Origin: Catajapyx aquilonaris
Taxonomy: Eukaryota
Length of the DNA stretch: 64,000 bases
Reading direction: 5' to 3'
Assembly: GCA_000934665.2 (NCBI GenBank)
Contig: KZ538246.1
Location: 1-64,000 of the forward strand
Each line of letters begins with the position of its first letter. Within the stretch, counting starts at the first letter, position 1. The notes beneath the pieces are model-generated. The model was not told the DNA's origin. It did no database searches and saw only the letters and a list, made by a program, of their open reading frames with translations. A program made the translations under genes and the position numbers. Below, piece by piece: positions 24,401 through 35,300 of this stretch.

Positions 24401-27400
24401 CTAGGAAATGAAAGTTGGAGTGATCTTGAGAGCCCACGGCTAGGAAAGTTGCGAAGACGGACACTTGATGTGTCTCTGCAAGCAGCTGAAGAAGAAGGTT
24501 GACTTATTTTGTAATTTTTAAAGTTGTCACTTAGCAGATGTTTTTGTCCATCCTTGACTTAATTTTGCAATCTCTTTGTTCAGTTGAGTCAGAGAGCGCA
24601 TCTCTGACAGATATTGTTGTTGAAGTACCAAACATGTCATCTAAGGAGAGTTCTGCAGGTGAGGAAGAAAGTGATGAGGGACAGAGGACACCATCAATTG
24701 ATGACTTACACATGAGGATATCGGAACTTGAGAAAGAATTGGAAGAGGAGAGGGAGAGGTTGAAGCAAGTAATAACCACATTTTATGCTGTGTAATCATG
24801 CTGTACATGCACCGAATTAGTTAGAGCACTTGAGTTGTATTTTGTGAGTCATGCTGGTGTGGTACTGGTACTTTAATAGAGTTGCTGTGCACTTCGTAAT
24901 TGAAAGTTTTAATTTTATTGTAATTTTTTGCAAAGTGCAAAGAGGATATCAGAAGGCTGTCTGAAAAACCAGCATGCAGTACAGAGGAAAAGGGTATCAA
25001 CGTTGATGATTTGTCAAACTTGCAATATACTGATATTGCTACTCACTTGAAAAAGGTAAGTTTTGTACATGTTGTATACAGTTTACAATTGAATGGTTTG
25101 AATGTAAAAAGCATTAGCTCCACTTGGGACACTTGAGATGATCAAGATGGGTGATTTGCAATTGAAGACCTATAGTAAAAAAGGTTGTAAGTGACAAAAA
25201 TGCGAAAATGGAGATATGCAATAAAAACAGAAGTAAATGCCAAGGGCAATATTGTAAAATAGGCATCAAGTGCCAGAAGCAACCCGTAGTAGTTTTTCTT
25301 GCAGTCAATAGAATATTATTTCCTATGTCACCTCATAGTGATGCCAGGAGAAAAACATTATTTTCTCCATTCTCCCAAAATGGCACTTACAACCTTTTTT
25401 ACTATAGGTCTTCAATTATTGTATTGTGTTGCCGTCTATTACTTTCAACTATTAGAGCGTATCTCTAGTTTTATAAAAGGCAAAGTTTGTTTGTCTGTTT
25501 GTCCAGGTTTGGTTACCATGGGAACCTGGTTTTTGTATTGTATTGTATGGAAACCAGGTTGCCATGGTAACCAAACCTGAACAAACACATTTTGCGTTTT
25601 ATAATAATAGAGATAAAAATAATAAAGTAAATATATAATAAAATAGCCAAATTAACAGTAGCTGCTAGTCATTTCTACAGGATATATATTTTTAGTTGTT
25701 TAAACTTTATATGCTACGTCGTCACCTACTACTCCCTTCTCTAGGAAAATACCATGGTGGTGGTGATCAGAAACACATGTATAGGCCTCCTCCTGTATAA
25801 GGCAGAGGGAATCTGCCTCTGCTCCCTGAAGGATTCCTTCCGGAATCAATTTTGTCGCTGTGCATCATAATTTTTCAGGGTGATTGTACAAGACATACCA
25901 ATATGAGAAGCAGAAGTGAAATTTGGTTTTTTCTTACCTGGTGTACGTGTTGTTGAAATCAGGGTTTTTAATTCTTAAATTTTCAATTCTTACAACATTC
26001 AAATGGTCACAGGCAAAAAAATTGGGGATGTATGACTTTTTATATCAATTGTTAGAGCAACGGTAGATAATGCCCTATATTTAGAGTTACTACAACTTAT
26101 ATTTAATTACATTAATTTGTATGCAGTGATGTTGACCATCGTAAAATCCACTTGAAATTGCTGCCACATTATGTAAGCAGCTTTGCCTAAATCAGTTGCA
26201 TTAAATATCAGTGTTTAACAAGTAACATGTGACTCAAAAAATTGGCCATGATATACCATTTCTGGAAAAATTGAAATGAAAAATGCAGCACCTTCCAATT
26301 TTCTTCTGTGACCATTTGAAAGTTTAAAAAAGTGAAAATTGATGAATTTCAAACCCTGATTTTTCACAACACAAACTCAATAGAACAAACCTGTGTTTCT
26401 GTTGTTTTTTATATTGTTAAGTGTAATCTCCACAAAAAATTATGGTGCACAGTAACAAAATCATTCCTAGAAGGAATCCTTCACTTACAAATAAGCCAAT
26501 GAGTGGCAGTGGCACATAGTGGTTTAGACAATAGCAACTCGGAGGGCTCAAGGTTGATCTCTGGATTGGGCAGAGGATTTTCTCGTGTGGGAATAGTTTC
26601 GATAATTCATGTTTGTGTGGATTTTTTGGGGGGTTTCTTCCATTTCATCCCACCCTCAAAATCAATCAGCAGTACAGTGATAGAATAAAGCAGGGTATTT
26701 AAAATAATTTCCCTGAAAAGGCCACAGACCTATTATGGGGGAGCCAATGGATTAAGTGGGGTCAGGCAAGAACTGGTGCAGTGGTTGTGAGAGAATTTGG
26801 GTTGCAGAAAAATCTATTATTGCAACCATCTCTCTAAGCTTCTTCACCTCTTTTTGGGTAGCAAAAGATAAGGAATGGGGGAATAAATTATCTGATACTA
26901 TGATTTCATACACAAACCCCCATTCTTTGTAGCTTGTGAGGCCATCTTTATTTATATGAGTTAATTTTAAATGATATCACTGATACCATTAAGTGAAGAT
27001 TTTTTTTTTTCTTCTTTTCAGATATTGAAAAAGCCTCATTTTGTTTTTTGGTGGAGTCACCCCCCCGCAACTCCCTCTCCTTTTGCATGCGCTTAGTGAG
27101 TCCCTATCTCCGGATTTGGATTGCGGCATCCCCGGATGTGGAGCACTGTACCAAATCGCCTTCAGGCCAACGACTTCTGAACCGTACTGAACCTACCTAA
27201 ACCGTCAATTCCCATTCAGCCCAAGTTTACAGATCCGCTGTACCAGCCACCCAAATGCGATTTGGTACAGTGAGCTACATCCATGGATAGGGGACTCACT
27301 AAGCGCAGTCTTCCCCATAAGGCTAGGTAGGGAGTTGCAGGGAGCTGGGTGGAGTAATGCCTTTTGCATTTTAAACCCCTTCAATTATATGCATGCTTTT

Positions 27401-30400
27401 TCCCTGTAAATAAGGTAGATGCACCCTATCGCAATTTCAGATTTTTCACCACCTTCGGAATCAGTTGGTTTCTGAAATGGGTGACAGTGCATGTCCTTAC
27501 TGTGACAAACCACTGCTGCTCTTAAGTCCTCCTGCGTCAAACCACAATTCCATCGTGAATGCTAATGAATCCCAGTTGACCAAAGATGGGAGCCAGAAAA
27601 CTGCTGAAATAGAAGATGTTGCTTTGTTAAAGAACAGGGTGATTGACCTTGAGACCCGATGTGGAGATTTGTCACAGTTGCAGAAGGTTGGTCACATTTG
27701 GTAGTTGGGGTCAGTTATCACTTGATTATGCAGTAGTTTATTAAATATTTTTTATGATTGGTTCCACTATGACTCAGAATTGATTAGTATGGGCATGCTT
27801 TCTACTACAAAACTTGTCATGCACAGGTTATGGAAGCTGAATATGAAATGGAGATTCATAAATTAAAGGAGAAGTATGCCAATGAAGTTGCTGACTTGCA
27901 AGGTGGCGGCACCAGAAATCTTATGGAAGTAATTAAAAGCAAAAGTGGAAATGTAAAGGTAAGTCATAGGGAATATGATTTTTTGGGATGAACATTGACA
28001 TTAATATTATATCTTCATTGTTTTGAAAGATGCATTTAGCTGTAGCCTTAGAAGAATTGGAAATGTCACTCAAGAGAGAGGAGCAGGAGAAGGCAAAAAG
28101 GAAAGACCTAAAATCCAGATGTCATGAGATGGAGGAAAGGTACTGCACTGAATAGTTAAGATCACATAATTCTTAATTGTACTTTTTTAAANNNNNNNNN
28201 NNNNNNNNNNNNNNNNNNNNNNNNNNNNNNNNNNNGTGATAAGGCTGGGCCTTTTTAGGGGGGTGGAATACCACCATTTCACTCCATTTTTCCTATTATC
28301 TTCATTCACCGGTGCAAGGAGTCAAGGATGTAGGGTAGGGATAGGGATTTTTGGGGAGGGAACATTGGTGCAAGTGCAATGTTGGTAAAGGGGTCATGTG
28401 CTGTTCCCCAGTAGGTTAGGTTGCCAGACACCTCCAAGGTGCAGGTCAGAGACCCTCCTGACGCAGGTGAAAGGAAAGTTCCCCAGGCGGGGATCGAACC
28501 TGGGGCCTTTCACTCAGCAAGCCGAGACGTTACCATCTCGGCCATCTACACCTCCCCGTTAAAGCCCAATTTTGTTGTAGTTATTCGTATGTGTGTAGAT
28601 GACTTTTTTTTCCCATCATCTACCACCATAACGAATTTTTCGCTGGTGGGGTTTAATTACCTTGTATACAGGGTGTATCAGAGTCACGGGTCAAGCGCGC
28701 GCGAGGGGGTGGGGAAAAATCGTAGGTGGCGACAACCCTGGTCGGTTTTATAAAACAATTAGAAAGACGGCAGTAATCAATTTATTTATTACGGCCGTAC
28801 GGCGTGACGTCACATCCTTTCTGTTCGAATTGAGCTGGCTCGCACGGCAAATGCAAGGCAAGAGTGCAGTGGTTTGAAACTGCTTGACGGGTTTTTAGCC
28901 TTGCGGATTGCACTGAAAAAGGCGCTCTCATGCTACACCGGCAGAGTACTGAACACACTCCTGTACAGTAGTACACTACTTTGTACAGTACCCTACCGGT
29001 GTAGCATGAGAGCGCCTTTTTCAGTGCAACCCGCAAGGCTAAAAACCTGTCAAGCAGGTCACCGGCAGAGTACTGAACACACTCCTGTACAGTAAGGAAC
29101 GTAAGAAAGGAAATATAAGGCAACTCCGCATTGAATCGGACAGGAGTACAGGCAACCGTAACCCGATCCTCAGCCTATTTTTTACTGTTTTATCGCTGGA
29201 CCTAAACATGTCAAACATATGCGTCTTATAGAAGACGACCTGAGTCATGCACATAGTTTTTCGAGAGTACAGAAATCCATCGCCTTATGAGTACCATGCA
29301 TGAAAACTGCATATCTTTGTCTTGTTAGAGCCTGGAGTAAGCAGTTTGCTTGCCCTGGCCTGGAATCACCAGTCAAAGACGACCCTCCCTCTCGGAACCG
29401 CTTACTCCAGGCTCTAGACAAAGATATGCACTTTTCGTTCATGGTACTCGTACGGTGATGGATTTCTGTACTCCCGACACCTTCCATGGTTTAAAAATGG
29501 ATTACTGCTCGCTTCTCAACATTCGTTGCTTCCATATCTGACTGGACGGTCTTTTTGACGGGGGGTCCTAAACAAAAGCACACTGCAATTGTGACGAGTG
29601 ATCGAATGACCAACTATTCAAAGCACAAAATTAGATCATCAGCTGTTTGATGGGAAGAGTGTGCATCTGAAATGGTGTAGCAAATTGTACTCCCAAAATA
29701 GTACGGTAGTGGATTTGCTATTACTATGTGGTGATTTTGACAATTTATAGTTTTTATTGAGCTTTGAAGTGTGTCTGTGAAATTGTATCAATTTTTTGGT
29801 GGTAATCTTTTACATACTGAACTGGTATTATTAGGAATATATTGAGTTGAGTTCATTGTTGCAGGCTCAAGGCAGACACAGAGGCACTGAACTCAGCTAG
29901 GGAGAGAACAAAAGAGCTGGAGTTTGAATTAGATCTTGCTAAGCATGAGGCCAGCTCAAACAAGCTGGAAAATGAAGAGATGACCAAGCTTCGTACCTCA
30001 CTTGAAGAGACTGCTGCTACTCTAAGAGAAGTACAAACCTGCTCAGAGGTGGAGAAGTCTGAGTTGCGTGAGAAGTGCCGCAACTTTGAGAATAGTCTGG
30101 AGCTTTTAAGAGTGGAGTATGAGAAATGTGAGGATTACTGGCAAGGAAAACTGGAGGAGGAGCGTGACCTCTATGACCGGGACCGCCTCATGACCAATGA
30201 GCGATTCCAAGCTCTGGAGGACAAGATCAAGGAGTATGAAGAGATGTTTGCTAGACCAGAGGAGAGTGAAAGTGATGGCTTATCTACCATAGAGGAGAGG
30301 GCGAGCTTGGAGAAGCAGGTGATGACACTAGTTATGCAAGGCAATCGTTTTAATAAGCAACCAACATGTGCCTGCCGATGGACAAAAACCATTTTCTTTC

Positions 30401-32274
30401 CAAATGGCACTAGCCCACATTCACTAAGTTGCAATTTAAAATATGTTGGAAGCAGGAAAACCTTTTTAGTTCTCTCTATCAAACTTTTGCAATATTTATG
30501 GTGACATGTCATGAGGTTAATAACACCAGATAATTTACAAAGTTGCCAAAGGATTCATACTTTATGGAATATCTTTATTATTGAGCATATCAGTGTATCA
30601 TGTCATTTGCCAACTTGTGACTGGTGTTCATGGTATGTTTCCAACATGATTTATTATGCATATTTAACAATTATCTGTCCATATTTTTACTTAATATTGT
30701 CCTGTATTTCCACAAGAAGCATGTTCCTATCAACACTACTCTTTGAGCAGATTAGTGTGGAAATGTCAGGATGTGAATTTTATTTCAAAATGCCACAAAG
30801 TAATGGGAAAGGTCAAGCCTTTAAAATGTAAAGCAAGAAGGGCAGAAAGTTGCAAAATTTTTAAGTGCCTGTCTTCATTCACATTTTCACAATTTATTTA
30901 CATTTATTGAGATTATAAAAGATAATAAAACAACACCACCACCACCATCATGACATTTCCCGATAAGGGGTAGTCAGCGATGAAGGAGACACAAGTTACC
31001 CCACATGAACTAAAACTACACCCCACTAATATCAGCAAAACAATTAAACAATAATTACACATTTGCATACACTACTTATTATTTGCATAATTGCTGACTA
31101 CTACTTTATATCGGGAAATGTCATGGTGGTGGTGGTGTTGTTGTAAAATATAATCACAGTGTGATTTCCTAAGACAAAACCTTCAAGTGTATAGAATAAG
31201 GCAACTAAAATGTGTAATGTTTGTTAACCCCTGTGGCCCCAGAGTGCCGTTTCCCTATCCCCACCGGAATTTAAGCTTGGATGGTCAGGGTGGCGGGTGG
31301 GGAGGCATGCGATAGGGCGTCTCCGAATTCGCCTCACTTCCCTCGCCGTGACTTCACTGGTGCGTGCCGGCATCTCCAGGGTGATTTGAAGAGTAATTTG
31401 TGGGGCTCATGTATCCGCAACATTACTGTCTGGCTTGTGGTCAGCGCCATAGATGTAGGTGTTGCGTGAGGCAGCTCTGGCAAGGCCACAGTAACGTTCT
31501 TTGGCCGGCAGCGCCACAAGTCTGACAGTATTGTTGCGGTTCCACAATCTATAAAAAGTGCCCAGCTCGCTAATGCTCGCAATTGACTGAAATCATCATC
31601 ATCAAGGCGACGTACAGTGCCTGGCAGGGCCACAAGACAGACAGTACTGGTGTGGTCATTCCAACCCCTCACAGATAAAAACAACACAATCAGCGGGGAC
31701 ATGCCTTGAGTAATCAACAAGCACACACAAACAATAAATGATCGGGCCCAAGAGGCTCTCGAGTATCTATCGTAACGGGAGACCTCACACTTTTACGTAC
31801 TCTCCTAGGTGTGTATCTGCTGAAGGATAGGCGTGTATCTGCTGAAAGATAGGTTAGGTATATGGGTAGGTTATTGGTACAGCATACCCCCTACCCCTGC
31901 AACATTTGGACTCCCATAGCCTATGTGTTAAGAAGACACTGGGTATGGGCAGAATTTCATCTGTCTCCTGGTGAGCTGGTAGGCCCAGCGCCCGGGGTAT
32001 TATTGTTGGCATGACAGAGTATTATTAGGTACCAGCGGCGAGGTTCCCAGAGGGTCACCCCGGCCTTGCCCTGGCCTCCTTTGGCTCTACGAGGCCCAGG
32101 GCTGCCCCCTCTGTGGCCCTGTCCAGATGAGGAACTAGCGCTAGTAGTTTTAGGTGCGTTTTCAAGAGCGAGAGAGGGGGAGAGAGAAAGAGAGAGGGAG
32201 AGAGGGGGGAGGGAGAGAGAGAGCATTCGGATGCGCTCTCTGAAGCCCCACCAACTCTCTCTCTCTCTCTCTCT

Positions 32275-32306
<32 letters not shown>

Positions 32307-35300
32307 TGTCTTGACTAAGGCGTGGGGACGGACATTGATCACTTTTCACTGCGAGTGTAAACTGATCTAACCTAACCTAACCTAACCTTACCTAACCTAA
32401 CCTAACCTTACCTAACCTATCCTACCTAACCTACCCTACCCTAAGTAACCTAGGCTGAGAAAAATGGACTTTTGTGAAAACCTACAAATGAAAATAGTGG
32501 GGACATGTCCCCACTAATTTACACATGTCCCCACTGTAATGGTACACTTCGCGTGTGTGAGACTGTGGGGACCGACAAATGTCCCCACAATTGGAACTGC
32601 TACAGCTACAGCTACAGCTACAGTAAAACCACAGACTTCCGTCCCCACACCTTAGTCAAGACCTGATCACACACACACACACACACACACTGAAATTCTG
32701 GTGGGGATATGGAAATGGCTCCCAGACTATGGCAGTGCTGTCAAGTTGATGGATTAGTCATTGTGGGGCTGGGTTCAAGTTCCAACAGGTGATTCAGCAG
32801 TTATATCTGTGGATTGTAATTTTGGTGGCTGAGGTGGCCATGCAAAGGCAGGAGAGAAGTGTCCACCACATTACAGGGCAAGAAAAAGCCATGCTCAATA
32901 AATAATAATTCCCTCTCTTCCGTTTGGCTGCCCCCATGTTCAGTCTTTCAGCTGCCAATGTCCGACATGGTGGCAGCCATGGGAAGAGGCTAGATATCTT
33001 TTTTACCACTTGAGTAGCCACTGCCTGCTTTTTTCTTGCCTTATGGCCTATGCTGTAGTGAGTGCTTCTCTTCCACCTTTGCATGGTCATCTCAGCCACC
33101 AAAATTACAATCCCCATACCTATGATGGAAAAAATGAATGCTGCAGCATCCATGTTGGAACTTGAACCTGGCTCCAGGGGGACTCATCAATTAGCACATT
33201 GCTGGACTGTCAACTTTGGCAAAGTTACACCCTGTGTAATTATTTTCCAATTGCACAGGTGACAGATCTGGAGGAGGAATGTGATGGACTGAGGAAGCAG
33301 GTAGAACAGTCGAGGGCTGACCAACAAAGCCTGGTGAGAGCAGTTCAAACCCAGTTGCAACAAAGGCTGGAGCAGGAGAAAAGCAATTTGGAACAGCAGG
33401 TGCAAGCTCTCCAACAAAAATGTGGCGAGTACGAACAGAGGCTGAGTGCTCTAACACGGGACGACAGCATAGGTGGGATCCTTCCAGTAGTGCAGGACCC
33501 TGAAGAGGTGGAGAGGTTGAGGGAGCAGTGCCAGGACTTGAGTTCAAAGTTGGATGTGCAGGCCAGGAGCTTGGAAGAGCAGGAGAGGAGCTGGAGGGAC
33601 CGGATGGACAAGCAGAGGAAGGATCTGCAGGAGTTTTTCTCCAGGTCTGCAACAACATGCAATCCAAAGGCCAAGCTTCAGTTGCAAGTAGGATCATCTT
33701 GGTCATGCCAGGTTGAGATGAGTGTGCTGCAGGCTCTCAATTCAAGAGTGCAACAACAGGAGCAGCGCTGCCACCATCTGCAGGCTGCACTTAAGAGGCA
33801 GCAACAGCAAATGGAAAAGATATTATTAGGTAAGCATATTGCTGTTCAGCTGTTGGTATTTTGTATGTAAGCAGGAATCTTGACTGCAGATTAAATAGTA
33901 TTGACATGGATGACTGAAGAGAAGTTAGTTCGTAGCTTGTGGTCATACATGGTTATGCCTCTTGATGAAAACATGTTAGGAGATTCTGAATGACATATGA
34001 TGGGTTTGTGGCATGAAGCAGAAATGCAAGACATGAAGCAAGGAAACATTTTTTATTTCTTGGCATGGGCCCCATAAAGGCCCGTTTCCAGAGAAGCTTC
34101 TGCTTGAAAAAGTGAGCTCTGGAGCTCACCTTAGTCAGACTTCACAGCTAGCGCCCTCAGACCGGTTCCCAAAGAAGTTTTGGCTTGCCAGTGCTTGCCA
34201 GCTTGTGAAAACCAAAATGGGGATCAGAACGGAGCGGAGGAGATTGCTCTTCAGGCTAAAGGTCACTCTTTTTAGGATGCTAAGCAGTCTGTCTCTCCTC
34301 GCTGCCTCCCCCTGCATCAGCAGGGCCCTCTGTCCGAGCAGCTCCTTCCATGACCTTCAACTGGTCATATTTATTTCTCCTCCCCACCCCGTGCCACCTC
34401 CCCACCGAGATGGTACCACGTGACCACAGGGAGCCGCACGGATTGGTCAGAAGGAAGCCCCAGCTCCATTGCTAGCTTGAAATATCGACGGGAGTTCGAT
34501 GTTGAAGCAAGCTGCTTGAATATCAACTCAGCACTAGAAACGCGAGGCAGCTGGAGCTAAAGCGAGTGCCAGAGCGCACTTTTTCAAGCTGAAGCTTCTT
34601 TGGAAACAGGCCTTAAAGGTCAATTCATTTGGTATTATCAACTTGCCAACTTGAGTCTTGATTACTTCCATCAACCTGATCCGCAAGGTAGTTCTTAATG
34701 TGTAGGGTTGAAGTGTGGAACCCACATTTCAGCCTGAGCAAGGAAGCGAGCATTATACTCCTCGAGATTGGCATTGAGCAAATTATTATATTTTGCATAT
34801 CCTGAATTGTTTTGCCACCCAAGTTTGGAAGTATCCAATGCAATGATACCTTCAGCAGACACAAGTGGTCATGTGGGATGTTGTCAACCATCCAGGTTTA
34901 GATGCCCACCACCTCAGAAAGGTACCTGACAATCAGTCTGTGGTTTCTCAGACCAGGTCCTCCACTTTGTCCACATGTTTGACGTTGTGGAGCACACTGG
35001 TCCCCCATAGTGGGGGTCACCTTCCAGGCTGCCTGTAATTTTTGAAGATGACAGTCCACTCTTTGACCAGGGTGTAAGACGGTGCATCACTAGGTGTGCA
35101 TGACCTTGCAGATGCTCTTAGCATCCAATTTATTCCTTGGTCATGTGGTACCTGATGACTGTGTGATGTTAGCCATTACCCCAAAATGCTTCACACCCCT
35201 TCACTTCTGATTTATTCCTGAACCCAATGACTGCTACATGAAATGGTGAACATAGGAGTTCCACTGGCAGCCGGCATTGATGGCATCAGCAGATTCCCAA

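Noticed and set aside
28470..28557. Functional tRNA gene
   Set aside because: It has A/B boxes but no proper cloverleaf and continues into a SINE body, so it is called a SINE.
32367..32451. Chromosome end or fusion scar from (CCTAA)n
   Set aside because: The tract is short, degenerate, single-orientation and enclosed by TIRs within an intron.
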